Of a DNA stretch of 64,000 nt, positions 39,570-50,900 are shown one piece after another (positions within the stretch are counted from its first letter, which is position 1; each line of letters starts with the position of its first letter). Source of the stretch: Candidatus Cloacimonadota bacterium (GTDB lineage Bacteria; Muiribacteriota; UBA6191). The position numbers and the translations under genes are program-made. The stretch is from assembly GCA_019454875.1 (NCBI GenBank), contig JACFNL010000008.1, forward strand, positions 1,567-65,566. Reading direction: 5' to 3'. A model generated the notes under the pieces. The model was not told the DNA's origin. It worked only from the letters and a program-made list of their open reading frames with translations, and ran no database searches.

Positions 39570-41713
39570 AGCTAAAATGTCTTTCTGATATCATCCGCCG
39601 GTTTGATGAGAGGAGAAATATTGTGGAACTAAACATTACAAATGCCAGCTACCTTACCTTGGGAGCTGGGGTTGTTGGTGTGATTTATGCCAACATGCTT
39701 ACCAACAAGATAAAGTCCAATTCAGAGGGTACTGACCGTATGGTGGAGATCGCCGGGTTTATCCGTGAGGGTGCCAGGGCCTTTATTTCCGCTGAGTATG
39801 GAGTACTTTATTATTTTGTGGCCATTGTTGCCATACTCCTGGGATTTATGGTCAATCCCGGAACAGCAGTTGCCTTCCTTTTAGGGGCAGCATGCTCCAT
39901 GTTTGCCGGAAAAATGGGTATGGAAACTGCCACAGCATCCAATGCCCGCACAGCCAATGCTGCCCGTGAAAAGGGTCTGACCAGTGCATTGGATATCGCC
40001 TTTAGTGGTGGGGCCGTAATGGGGTTATGGGTATGTGGTCTGGGCCTGATTGGTTATTCCCTTCTGATGATTGTTTTACCTCAACTAACCTTTATTCAGA
40101 CAGCAGTTGGTGAAGGAAAAGATCTTCAGGATTATGTTCTGCATTGTTTGTCAGGTTTTGGACTCGGTGCATCCTCTATTGCCCTCTTTGCCCGTGTAGG
40201 TGGTGGAATTTTCACCAAGGCCGCTGATGTTGGGGCCGATCTGGTAGGTAAGGTTGAAGCTGGTATCCCTGAAGATGACCCCAGAAACCCTGCCGTGATT
40301 GCTGACAATGTGGGTGACAATGTGGGTGATGTGGCCGGAATGGGTGCGGATTTGTTTGAATCCTATGTTGGCTCCATGGTTGCTGCCTGTGCTATCGGAT
40401 ATGCCATGTTAGGTGTTCAAGGTGTGATTCTACCTCTGGTTATTGTGGCCATTGGTATAATTTCTTCGATTGTTGGAATGCAGTTTGTAAAAACCAATGA
40501 CGAGAACAAAATTCATTCCGCTTTAACATTTGGTGTAATCGTGGCTTCAGTCCTTTGTATCGGTGGAATGCTTTGGGCCTGCAAGAGCCTGATTATAGTC
40601 GATATGAATGTTCAATTTTTTAAGGATGGTTATACAGGGCTTGGAATATTTTTTGCGGTGCTTTCCGGACTGGTCGCAGGATTTCTAATCGGTCAGATTA
40701 CGGAGCATTATACTGGTGCTGACAAACCACCTGTGGCTGCTATTGCCAAATCAGCCCTTACTGGCCCAGCCACTGTAATCATTGAAGGTATGGCTATTGG
40801 AATGCGCTCCACAGTCCTGCCGATGATCATGATCTGTCTGGCAATTTTTGTGGCCTTTCATTTTGCAGGAATGTATGGAATTGCCATGGCGGCTATTGGA
40901 ATGTTATCGACTGTGGCAATCACCGTGGCCATTGATGCCTATGGTCCGATTGCTGACAATGCCGGGGGAATTGCTGAAATGGCAGAACTTCCTAAAGGTG
41001 TTCGGGTAATTACGGATAAACTGGATGCTGTGGGTAACACAACCGCAGCTATCGGTAAAGGATTTGCAATCGGCTCAGCTGCCTTGACAGCTTTAGCCTT
41101 GTTCTCTGCCTTTACCAAGGAGACTGGTTTGATGAACACTGGAATCAATCTGACCAGTCCTCATGTGGTGATTGGATTGTTTCTAGGTGGAATTCTTCCC
41201 TATCTGTTTTCTGCTATGACAATGCAGGCCGTGGGACGGGCTGCTATGGCCATGATTGATGAGGTTCGCAGGCAGTTTCGCGAAGATAAGGGAATTATGG
41301 CCGGAACTTCCAAACCCGATTACAGAAACTGTGTGGCCATTTCCACAAATGCAGCCATTGCCGAGATGATTGTACCTGGGGTAATTGCCATTGTTGTTCC
41401 CCTTCTGGTAGGCAAGTTTATGGGAGCACAGGCCTTAGGCGGTCTTCTGGCTGGAAGTCTGGTTTCTGGTGTCTGTTTGGCCATTATGATGGCAAATGCT
41501 GGTGGAGCCTGGGACAATGCAAAAAAATACATTGAGGCCGGGGAATTAAAAGATGGTAATGGAACGGTTCATGGTAAGGGCTCTGAACCACATAAAGCGG
41601 CAGTTGTAGGTGATACCGTTGGTGATCCTTTCAAAGATACTTCCGGACCATCCATTAACATTTTTATCAAACTGGTTTCTATCGTTTCACTGGTCTGCGC
41701 ACCAATGTTCTAA
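39566..41713 (+). CDS. hppA: membrane-bound H+-translocating pyrophosphatase
   Basis: [45 protein letters not shown] is the H+-PPase signature; 715 aa, ~15 TM. Confidence 0.9.
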   Translation: MKLKCLSDIIRRFDERRNIVELNITNASYLTLGAGVVGVIYANMLTNKIKSNSEGTDRMVEIAGFIREGARAFISAEYGVLYYFVAIVAILLGFMVNPGTAVAFLLGAACSMFAGKMGMETATASNARTANAAREKGLTSALDIAFSGGAVMGLWVCGLGLIGYSLLMIVLPQLTFIQTAVGEGKDLQDYVLHCLSGFGLGASSIALFARVGGGIFTKAADVGADLVGKVEAGIPEDDPRNPAVIADNVGDNVGDVAGMGADLFESYVGSMVAACAIGYAMLGVQGVILPLVIVAIGIISSIVGMQFVKTNDENKIHSALTFGVIVASVLCIGGMLWACKSLIIVDMNVQFFKDGYTGLGIFFAVLSGLVAGFLIGQITEHYTGADKPPVAAIAKSALTGPATVIIEGMAIGMRSTVLPMIMICLAIFVAFHFAGMYGIAMAAIGMLSTVAITVAIDAYGPIADNAGGIAEMAELPKGVRVITDKLDAVGNTTAAIGKGFAIGSAALTALALFSAFTKETGLMNTGINLTSPHVVIGLFLGGILPYLFSAMTMQAVGRAAMAMIDEVRRQFREDKGIMAGTSKPDYRNCVAISTNAAIAEMIVPGVIAIVVPLLVGKFMGAQALGGLLAGSLVSGVCLAIMMANAGGAWDNAKKYIEAGELKDGNGTVHGKGSEPHKAAVVGDTVGDPFKDTSGPSINIFIKLVSIVSLVCAPMF

Positions 41714-41736
41714 GATAGAATAAATTACAGTCCAAA

Positions 41737-41767
41737 GGGCGTTGCGAACTTCGTAACGCCCTTTTTT
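41737..41767 (+). terminator. rho-independent terminator after hppA
   Basis: GGGCGUUGCG-aacuu-CGUAACGCCC: 10-bp stem with one G.U wobble, followed by UUUUUU (41762-41767). Confidence 0.6.
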
Positions 41768-41769
41768 AA

Positions 41770-42969
41770 TTGCAACAAAACCCCAGAATCTACCGTATTA
41801 AACTTCCTATGATAATCAAAATAATTCTTTCTTTTCTGCTTCCCAATCTTTTGTTTTCTTCTGATATTCCCTTTGGCCATCCTCATGGCCCTTCCATACA
41901 AGGGGTGGATAATGTCATGAATACAATTCTTTCAGATGACTACAATCTGGAAATATTGATGAGTTTTGCCAATCACAAAAAAGGAGCAGCAGGCCACCTT
42001 GCCCTTTCTGTGCGCAAGCCTCAAAGCCATATCGAAACTGTCTATTCAGCCAATTTTTATGCGGACAGACAGGCAGAGCATGACCAGGGATATTATACAG
42101 AGGAACTCATAATGGCTATTCCAAAAAAGGAATATCTATATGGGGTTCAATCCAGTGTTTCTAAACATGCAAAATTTGGCCTTGATTTTGGCGAACTTTT
42201 TAAACGCTCTGTGATTGGGATTCGGGTATATGGTTTAAATGACGCTCAAATAACAGGCATTGAAGAATTTTACCAAAGAATCAATCAGGATTATAAAAAT
42301 CGTGCCAGCAATACGGAATACCAGCGGGGTGAGGTTGTATACGACTACATGAATCTTAACTGTGCCAAGTCCGTGGCCCAGGCCTTAAAATATGGTGCAG
42401 GCCTTCATGAAATTGCAGTGCGTGGCAATCATATTTTAGGCAACATGCCTTATGCAAAGGCTCTGTTTGCTCATACCCCTACAGAAACCACCATGCAGAT
42501 TTTAAAGGTATTACATAAATTTGGGGCCCATTTTGATGTAATTCTTTACAAAAGAAGTGAAGATTCGACCTATCAGAATGATGATCCACCTATGGCCTTC
42601 AAGGAGTTAGCCAACCGCTTTCCCTCAGTCAAATCCCTGGACTTTTTTAATGGGTCCACTGCCTACGAAGACTATGACAACCTTTTGGCCATGAACCTTT
42701 TTTTCCAAATGGGTAAATACAGTTTTGAAATTCCTAAAGGTTCACAAAGGGTGGTGCTGGAAAAACAAAAATCTCCCATTCCTTATGATGTGGCCATGGA
42801 TATAGCTAAAGAGGCAGCATCAGAGGACTCAAAAAATGCCCTACGGCGCATGGTTCGTCTTCTTGGATTAAAACTCACAGCCGACAACGATAACTCCGAT
42901 TTGTATGATCCTGCGGTTGCAAACAATCGGGCTGAGTTATTTGAGCTTCTGTATTCAGAGACTTTGTAA
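41770..42969 (+). CDS. secreted hypothetical protein (399 aa)
   Basis: N-terminal hydrophobic signal (IIKIILSFLLPNLLFSS); no recognised motif. Confidence 0.45.
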   Translation: MQQNPRIYRIKLPMIIKIILSFLLPNLLFSSDIPFGHPHGPSIQGVDNVMNTILSDDYNLEILMSFANHKKGAAGHLALSVRKPQSHIETVYSANFYADRQAEHDQGYYTEELIMAIPKKEYLYGVQSSVSKHAKFGLDFGELFKRSVIGIRVYGLNDAQITGIEEFYQRINQDYKNRASNTEYQRGEVVYDYMNLNCAKSVAQALKYGAGLHEIAVRGNHILGNMPYAKALFAHTPTETTMQILKVLHKFGAHFDVILYKRSEDSTYQNDDPPMAFKELANRFPSVKSLDFFNGSTAYEDYDNLLAMNLFFQMGKYSFEIPKGSQRVVLEKQKSPIPYDVAMDIAKEAASEDSKNALRRMVRLLGLKLTADNDNSDLYDPAVANNRAELFELLYSETL

Positions 42970-44778
42970 GATTTTTAAAAGCTCGTCTCTGGAAATTTTT
43001 CCATGTTGATCCAGATCTTTTCTATGGATTCCATTTTTATCGTAAAAGGCAAAAAATGGCATGGAAGCACTTTGATAAACCTGGTTCTTGACTCTGGAAG
43101 CCTCTGAATCAGCTTCTGTGCAATCCAGAATACCCACAGCAAATCGTGCCAGTTCTGCCTGAATTTTGGGATCTGGCAAAATATTTTCCTTGATTTGCCG
43201 GCAGGGAATACACCACTTTGCCGTGAAATAAAGCATAACTGGAGCACCACGGTTTTTACCTGCCTTTAAAGCATCTTTTTGGCTATCAAAAATTTCCTGT
43301 ACCTTAGCAGGGGCTGAAATTTCAGCATTGCTTGACGCATTAACGAGCCTATGGGGAAATCTCAGTTCGATCATGCCAGATACTCCATAAAGAATCATCA
43401 AAAGACCAAAAGCCTGGCGAATACGAAACACAAAAGGATCGGCGGGGGTTAAACGAAACAGACCACCAATGAGTACCCCACCTGTAAAAAACCATAAGGA
43501 GTATCCAAACTGAATCTGAGCCTCGCTTAAAAATACTGTTTGAAAATGAAAGGCAACCAGCAACAAAACAAAGCCCATGCCCTGCTTTAAAGAAACCATC
43601 CAGCCACCAGACCTTGGCAGAATATTCTGGGAAAATAAAGCCAGAACCAGAAACAGAACTCCCATTCCAAGACCAAATGATGCCATCATCAAAAATCCAA
43701 ACAAAAGGCTTTCCGGGTGTTTCACAAGATAAAGAATTATGGCTCCGGCAAAAGGCCCTACACATGGTGCAGCCACAAAACCCATGGCACAACCCATAAA
43801 AAACAGTGTACCTGGACTAGTACCCTCCACAGAGTTTAGTTTCTGTTTTAAAGACTGGGGTAGATCAATCTCAAACAGGCCAAACATACTTAAGGCAAAA
43901 AGAAGCATTAATGAACTAAGAAATACGGCCACAACCGGATTAGCCAGCCAGGAGCCAAGATCTTTGCCTGTCTTGGCAGCCACAACCCCTAACAGGGCGT
44001 ACACCAGAACAATTCCTAGAACATAAATCAGAGCACGAAAGAACCTTATGCCTTTACTGCTCCCTGTCTCCCCGGAAAACAGGGAGACGGTAATGGGAAT
44101 CATAGGATAAACACAGGGAGTCAGTGAGGCTAAAAGGCCCCACAAAAATGCCTGAATCAAAGCAATCCACCAGTCCTTGGCTATGGGACTATGTTCCTGG
44201 TTTACAGATTCCGGCTCGCTAAAAAATGCCGTAAATTCCTGGGAAACTTCCCTGGTTTTTGTACTTCCTGTTGTATGGGTAATCACAATTTCTTCGGTTT
44301 TGAGAATTCCACAGGAGGTTAATGTACAGGGTTGCCATTGAGCCTCAAGAACCAGTCGGCCTTCTCCGGTAACTGATTTTGCACTCATGCCCATCATGGC
44401 ACCATCTTCTAAAAAGTAGGAGGTGTAGTTATTGCCCTCTCCTAAAGATATTTTATGGGTAACAGAGGGGCTTTGCCTTAAAGAAAGTAGTTCCCAGTCT
44501 GAGGAATTAACAATTTTAAGACTAGTTGGTGTGCCTATGGTTTCTTTATCCCCATAGATATGCCATCCAGATTCCATCTTGAACTTGACAAGTACCCAAA
44601 TCTCGGTGCCAGTGCTTATACCTTCATGCGATGAGGACACATCATAAGTCACAGGACCTGATGAAACAGCCTGGGGCTTTTTAAAGGATGAAAGTTTTAA
44701 CCCGAGTTTAGGGGACGCTTCACAAAACAAATTGCCCAAACAGATAAGCATTAACAAAAGTAGGCGCGTCAAAATCAT
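42955..44778 (-). CDS. dsbD: thiol:disulfide interchange protein DsbD (DsbD-beta TM core + C-terminal thioredoxin)
   Basis: Polytopic central region with conserved Cys pairs; C-terminal FTAKWCIPCRQ thioredoxin CxxC motif; 607 aa. Confidence 0.8.
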   Translation of the reverse strand: MILTRLLLLMLICLGNLFCEASPKLGLKLSSFKKPQAVSSGPVTYDVSSSHEGISTGTEIWVLVKFKMESGWHIYGDKETIGTPTSLKIVNSSDWELLSLRQSPSVTHKISLGEGNNYTSYFLEDGAMMGMSAKSVTGEGRLVLEAQWQPCTLTSCGILKTEEIVITHTTGSTKTREVSQEFTAFFSEPESVNQEHSPIAKDWWIALIQAFLWGLLASLTPCVYPMIPITVSLFSGETGSSKGIRFFRALIYVLGIVLVYALLGVVAAKTGKDLGSWLANPVVAVFLSSLMLLFALSMFGLFEIDLPQSLKQKLNSVEGTSPGTLFFMGCAMGFVAAPCVGPFAGAIILYLVKHPESLLFGFLMMASFGLGMGVLFLVLALFSQNILPRSGGWMVSLKQGMGFVLLLVAFHFQTVFLSEAQIQFGYSLWFFTGGVLIGGLFRLTPADPFVFRIRQAFGLLMILYGVSGMIELRFPHRLVNASSNAEISAPAKVQEIFDSQKDALKAGKNRGAPVMLYFTAKWCIPCRQIKENILPDPKIQAELARFAVGILDCTEADSEASRVKNQVYQSASMPFFAFYDKNGIHRKDLDQHGKISRDELLKILQSL

Positions 44779-47700
44779 ATTTCCTCAATTTTTACGGCAA
44801 TATAGGTAATATCATCACTTGGGTCTACCCCGTCACGATATTCAAACATATCCTGTTCCAGGATTGTCTTGAGTTCACCGGGACTACAGTTCTTATAATT
44901 TTCAAGCAAAAGGCGTTCCAGTCTTTCCATCCCATATAATTCCAGTGCGGGATTTTCCAGTTCAGTAACTCCATCTGTGTATAAAAACAGCCAGTCCCCG
45001 GGACTAAGAGTTATTTCTTTGGTCTCATAAAATCCGGGAGAAAACATGCCAAGGGGCAATCCTTTGGCATTTAAGTATTCAATTTTCTGCTCCTGACTGC
45101 GGATTACAAACATCTTGTTATGTCCGGCAGATGCATAGCTGAAGGTTCTAGTTTTAAGATTTAAAATCCCAAAAAACAATGTGGCAAACAGAGTATTGGA
45201 TTTACCCTCACATAAAAGATCGTTTAAGCGAACCATAAGTTCCCCAGGAGACTCAATCCTAGAGGAAAGACTCTGTAAAAAGGCCTTGCAGGTAGCACCA
45301 AACAGGGAAGCACCTACCCCTTTCCCGGACACATCCGATATAACAAATCCTATTTCATCAGGATTTGTATACTCCACAAAATCAAAAAAATCTCCACCCA
45401 GAAACTTGGCTGCCCCAAAAGCAAAATCCATACTCAGTCCAGGAAGAACCAAGGGTTCCTGAGGCAAAATTCCAAGCTGAATATCCCGTCCTTCCACACT
45501 ATCTTTTTTGAGTTTATCCAGCCACACCTTGGCCACTACACTTACAGTCTGGGAGGTAAAACTTAAAAGAAATTTTTCCTGCTCCTGGCTGAATTGAGGC
45601 ACGGCCGGACTACCTAAAATTAAAAATCCTTCCACATTATCCTGATGGATGCCGTGAAACAGAATTCCGTTCTCAAATAAAAGCTGGGCCTGGGCATTTT
45701 TTAAAGCCAGAGGTTTTAACCTGCTTACCAAATCCTCTTTGGATTCCACCCATTGACCACCAGTTTTAAGGGAAGAACCAATAAATTTTTCTTTTGATGT
45801 CTGCTCATAAAAACCTAACCAGACAAAACCGGCACCAAAAATCTGTATCAGGCGATCCGATGCATAATCAAGAAGCTCGGATAAATCTTTACCATCAAGC
45901 ATCATTTCGTTGATTTGATTTACTGAGCCAAGTTCCATGACTCTGGTATCAATATTTTGAACCATGGCATCAAAGTCTCTGGCCATCTGGGCAATTTCGT
46001 TGTTATCCCTTAAATGTAAAGGTTTAATGGATTCATGGGCTGCATAGGCACTCACGGAAACTGTAAGTTCATTAACAGGATGTACAATCCTTAAAGAAAG
46101 CCTGCGAATCAAAAATGCCGTTATGCCAATGGTCAGAAGGATCACGATTAGAATAAGAATCTCAACGGTGCGGATTTCTGAATAAGCCAGATCCCTGGGC
46201 AGAGATAAAAACAAAAGGTGGTCAGAAAAATCTGGGGATCGCACAGCAAGGCCTAACATCACCTGCCCAGAAGAAACAAACTCATAATCCACCGATCCAA
46301 AGCGTTTCTCTTTTAACATCTGTCTTAATTCCAAAACCGTGGCATCGGGTAACTGATTCGCACCGTTTCCATGAATAGTCCTGATTTTTTCTTCCGGAAA
46401 CCTGGAGTCATCAAGAATTGCCTCGGGTACAGGCACAACCATCAATTCAGTATGTAGCTGCCATAATAGGGAACGGTCCTTCAAGGTCGGTGAATCCTCT
46501 CTAAGGCCAATCAGGTATGCTCCAAGACTCAGATAGTCCCTGATGACATCCATAAATGAGCGAGACTGGTTCAGAGCCTGTCTTGCTTCCTTCTTATCCC
46601 TTAGATCCCATAAAGACTGATAGGCCTGAAGTATCACAGGATCCGCATTGCGTAAGTCTAAAAATTCATTGTGAAAGTGGTTTGCCCCTTCACTGGCAAC
46701 TAGCTCCATGGCCTTGAAATAGTGCAGTTTTAATTCACTGAGCCTAAGAATTGCAAAAAACAAACCGGCAGGCATTGGAGAAATTCCTGCAAAAAACTCC
46801 TCCGGCTCAAAATTATGGGGTGAATACCAGTAATGAAACAAAAATGCCCCTGTGTTTGTATTCCATAACATCCATCTTTTTACACGAAGGGTCAGTTCTA
46901 TACCCAGATATCCTATAAATTCCTCATCCCAATTTGATATTCCCAGATCCTGTAACAGATAATAATTGCGAATCTTGCCTACAGTTGAGTTTACTGAGGA
47001 CCACTCCAAATCATCCTTGAGGTTGGTGATTTCTTGGCCGGAAAGAAGATACCTTGGTCTGAGATTTTCAAAGGGCTCAAGACTTAGTCTACTGTCAGAA
47101 CTCTGCACAGCCCTCTTTACTCTCACCAGACTATAATAACTGATACGGTATGGGTCCGCTTCCTCAAGTACCTGCCTCCAGTGATGATCTCCAATTCCTG
47201 ACTGCTTTGGCTCTGTCAGAAGTTGTCTGACTGATTCTGGGCAGATCTCCCCATATAGCTCAAAACAGGCGTTTAATCCCTGCTTAAGCCAGGTCTTGGA
47301 AGATAAGGATTCCAGTTGATTTTCTCTCCACAAAAGCCTTAATTTCACCAAAGGCTCAAGCAGATTTTTTCGTAGGGTTTTAAGCTTCTCCCAGTTCGTT
47401 TCCGTGTGAGTGTACCAGGGCATAGGTCTCAGGGCTTTAGCACAGTCTGGATCAAAATCTGTCACACAGCGAATTTTTGCCCGTTCTTCCTCCAATAAAC
47501 CAGCTGGGCTGGTGCTGGTTTCCAAAGAGGGTTGTAATGAGGCTATTAACTCCTGGACGGTAAACAGTCTGTTTGGGGCAGTTGTTCGCAAAAGCTGAAG
47601 ACGGACTGGAAGGTTTGTTTCCTGGGATGAACTTTGTGGAACCGGGATCCCAAGCCTGGGAAAATACCTCTGATAATAAACACTCAAGGCCTGATTGGCA

Positions 47701-47963
47701 CTCACATAATCCTTAGCTGGAACAAAGGTATCGGTAGCCCGGATTGCCGTATCCTGGTAAGCCTTTAACATCTGGTTTCGAAAATGGGACTCCAGGGACT
47801 GAACCTGGGATCTTTGATTTTCAGAAACTACCATCTCCACCAGTAAAGCCCGTGATTTCAGACTACTGAAGGCAAATCCAGCCAAAAACAGCATAGGAAG
47901 AAATAAAGCCAGAGTAAATCCAACCAGAAAAAGATTGCCCAACTTTTTGTTAAACCGAGGCAA
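44775..47963 (-). CDS. membrane sensor phosphatase: TM, ~520-aa extracytoplasmic domain, TM, HAMP, GAF-like, PP2C (SpoIIE/RsbU family)
   Basis: N-terminal TM LFLVGFTLALFLPMLFLAGFAF, second TM ILILIVILLTIGITAFLI + HAMP, C-terminal PP2C with FVISDVSGKG and LYTDGVTELEN. Confidence 0.8.
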   Translation of the reverse strand: MPRFNKKLGNLFLVGFTLALFLPMLFLAGFAFSSLKSRALLVEMVVSENQRSQVQSLESHFRNQMLKAYQDTAIRATDTFVPAKDYVSANQALSVYYQRYFPRLGIPVPQSSSQETNLPVRLQLLRTTAPNRLFTVQELIASLQPSLETSTSPAGLLEEERAKIRCVTDFDPDCAKALRPMPWYTHTETNWEKLKTLRKNLLEPLVKLRLLWRENQLESLSSKTWLKQGLNACFELYGEICPESVRQLLTEPKQSGIGDHHWRQVLEEADPYRISYYSLVRVKRAVQSSDSRLSLEPFENLRPRYLLSGQEITNLKDDLEWSSVNSTVGKIRNYYLLQDLGISNWDEEFIGYLGIELTLRVKRWMLWNTNTGAFLFHYWYSPHNFEPEEFFAGISPMPAGLFFAILRLSELKLHYFKAMELVASEGANHFHNEFLDLRNADPVILQAYQSLWDLRDKKEARQALNQSRSFMDVIRDYLSLGAYLIGLREDSPTLKDRSLLWQLHTELMVVPVPEAILDDSRFPEEKIRTIHGNGANQLPDATVLELRQMLKEKRFGSVDYEFVSSGQVMLGLAVRSPDFSDHLLFLSLPRDLAYSEIRTVEILILIVILLTIGITAFLIRRLSLRIVHPVNELTVSVSAYAAHESIKPLHLRDNNEIAQMARDFDAMVQNIDTRVMELGSVNQINEMMLDGKDLSELLDYASDRLIQIFGAGFVWLGFYEQTSKEKFIGSSLKTGGQWVESKEDLVSRLKPLALKNAQAQLLFENGILFHGIHQDNVEGFLILGSPAVPQFSQEQEKFLLSFTSQTVSVVAKVWLDKLKKDSVEGRDIQLGILPQEPLVLPGLSMDFAFGAAKFLGGDFFDFVEYTNPDEIGFVISDVSGKGVGASLFGATCKAFLQSLSSRIESPGELMVRLNDLLCEGKSNTLFATLFFGILNLKTRTFSYASAGHNKMFVIRSQEQKIEYLNAKGLPLGMFSPGFYETKEITLSPGDWLFLYTDGVTELENPALELYGMERLERLLLENYKNCSPGELKTILEQDMFEYRDGVDPSDDITYIAVKIEEI

Positions 47964-50900
47964 GTTCCTGCTCCTGTTTCAAAACCTTCACAATGATAAA
48001 GGTGACATCATCAGACAATAAAATTCCATTGCGAAAATCCGCCAGTTCCTGCTCCAGTTCTTTGACAAACTCAGAAGCAGAAAGGGACTGATTCTTTTTG
48101 CAAAAGTCTATAAACCGTTCGTTACCGTATAGCTCCAGATCCTGATTTTCAAGCTCAGTGACCCCATCGGTGTAAAGAATCAGGCTGTCCCCCAAAAAAA
48201 GCTGAATATTTTTAGTTTCGTATTTACCCCCATCAAACAGGCCACAGGGCAGGCCTTTGGCACTTAATTCTTCAATACTTCCATCAGCGCGCATCAGATA
48301 CATTTTGTTGTGCCCGGCTGAGGCGTACTCCATATTTAAAGTCTTAAGATCAATCACACAATAAAACATGGTCAAAAACAGAGATGATGTCTTTTTGTAA
48401 CACAGTCCCTTATTCAATTCAGTCAGATGGGACCCTGCCTGGGTTGCATCGGAGGAGACTACTCTCATAATGGCCCTGGATGTAGCTCCAAACAAAGAAG
48501 GGCCAATACCTTTTCCCGACACATCTGCAATAGTAAAACCCAACTTATCTGGCCAGACTAAAAAATCATAATAGTCCCCGGCCAGTCCCCGGGCCGCAAC
48601 AAAGGAACTGCCTATGTCTAAAATTCCCCTGCTATCAGGAACCTGATTGGGCATCAAAGACTCCTGAATCTCCCAGCCCTTTTCCGCATCAGCTTTAATT
48701 TCCTCCAGAAGACTTTTGTGAAATACCGAACGGGCCTGTTCAAAAAGACTCTGAACCATCACAGGTTCAAACTCTGTATCGGGATCAAGAATCAGAAACA
48801 AACCGGTCATAACACCGTCCTGATCCTTAATTTTTTCCCGGGTAAACAATAAGGCTGCTTTTTGTGAATCAGGAAAATACTTCTGCCTTATATCCTGAGG
48901 TAAAACCACTGCCTGACGAATCTTTTCGGAATTTCTAAGGTTATCGGGCACATACAGATTAAGTATCTCCTGACGAAAACCAGCCAAAAAATCCATGCCC
49001 GAATCTATCCCGGCACCCACATAATCCTGAGGCATGGCCGAAAGTTCACCAGAAACAAAGCTGAGTAGTGAGGCCCGAGGACCGAGGCGATGATGAATCA
49101 CATCCACAAGATGTTTCATAATCTCGTTTCGCGAAACACCTGTATTCATCATATGATTCAACTCACGAATCAGATTCATCTGAAACAGCTTGTCCTCAAT
49201 ATTGGCAGCCATGCGATTAAAATGCCAGCCTAACTTCCCAAGCTCATTGTCGGAATCAAGTTCCACTTTTTTTTCATAATTACCCTGGGCCAGAGCACGG
49301 ATTCCTTCATTCAAATTCAGAATTGGCCGTATCACCTTTTTGGATATCAGGGTTCCCATACCAGCAACGGCCAAAAGTGCTGCTAGTACAAACAGAATTG
49401 TGCCAATGGCATCCCGTTTCAAAACCTCTTTTAGTGGCTCACTGGATTGCAGGGTAAGATATGCCTGATTAGGAAAATCCTCGGTAGGATGTAAAGTCCC
49501 CATCCATTCTTTCTGATCCGAGGGATGAACAAATGTAAACTGCAAGGAAGTCTTTAATACAGGCAATAAATGAGCCAGAAGCATACCATCACTACAAGCC
49601 TGCATTTTTTGAAAGATGATTTCTCTAGCCTGAGGATCCGATTCCCTAGCTAGCACCTCGGCAATGGCATAATCCCTGAATGCCTCCCGATTCAGGTAAT
49701 ACTGACCCGTTTTAGGATTCAAAACCCGCATCAGTTTTTGAATCCTAAAGTCCGAGGAATGAAAATTCAAAAAGTCTTTTGGAATTTCTTTTGAAGACAA
49801 ATCCCCATCAATCAAAACTCCATCTGGAGTAAATGCGGACTGTACCGACCCTTCACGGCCTTCCTGAAGTGAGTTCAGGCTGAGGGCGTAAAACCACATT
49901 TTTTTCTCTTCTAACAGATGACGAATCAGACCAAGGCTCAAAAACCCCTTTTTTTGCAGGTGATCTTTAATACTCTTGGTATCAATGGACTGATTCAGAA
50001 ATTCTGTGTCCATTCCGGCAATGGACTGCATTCCCTCAGGAAACTCCCCCGATTTAAATGCTTTCCAGAAGGTTTCTCTTACATCCGTCATATCCAGCAC
50101 GGCCAGACAGATTGCATCCATAGCCTCGACTTCGGAATTTCTATAAGCCTGATAATCGAAGTCCTCAGGCAAGGATCTCCAGTAAAGCTCCATTTCCTTA
50201 GAAAAAAATCTGACCAGAAGCCAACGCTTACGGGATTCAAGAATAGGAATTTTTACAAGATTTTCAAAGGCAGCCTGCTCAGTAAGTGCCATATCCAATC
50301 CAAAAACCATACCGCGCATAATATCGCGAACAATTCCGGTAAACTCGTCCCAAATCAGGGCCATCATGGAGGAACGGGGATTAATGGCCATATGCACGGG
50401 CAAATAATCAAAGGTGCGCATAAGTCCGGCCCGGCGCAACCACTCATTCCTCTCCTGCTCGTTTTCCAGATCCACTCCTTCGCGGGAAGGTGTATCCAAA
50501 AACAGATCCTCATAAAACAGAGCCTTTTTATCCTTGTTTCTGCTAAAGGACTTTTCCAGAACATAAATCTGAACCTTGATTGGAGATTTAAAATCATCGT
50601 GCTGGCTTGGATCTGTGGATATTGCTCTGGCAATCATACGATTGTAGAGGGTACGGTAGGAGGCATAAGCCCCCATATAACGGGTCTTCTGAGGTGGATT
50701 TTCCTTTTCCAGATATTCTAAAAAGCGTTTGGAGCGATTGAACCATAAATTGGGATCCGTGGCTCCAGGAACCTTGGAATTCATGCGGTCAAAATAATTC
50801 TCGGCCAGGGATCTGAGATAACCTTTGTAGTGAAAATAGGATGCATGCCATCCAGACAGAATCAGCAAATGCTGATCAAGTTCCTCCCTGGTTCTTAAAT

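Noticed and set aside
49918-50721. 267-aa plus-strand ORF antisense inside the second SpoIIE-phosphatase gene; similar antisense ORFs lie inside other long genes (e.g. 8273..8785, 32569..32988, 43349..43792)
   Set aside because: They are fully embedded in well-supported genes on the opposite strand and are His/Gln/Ser-rich low-complexity translations typical of antisense frames.
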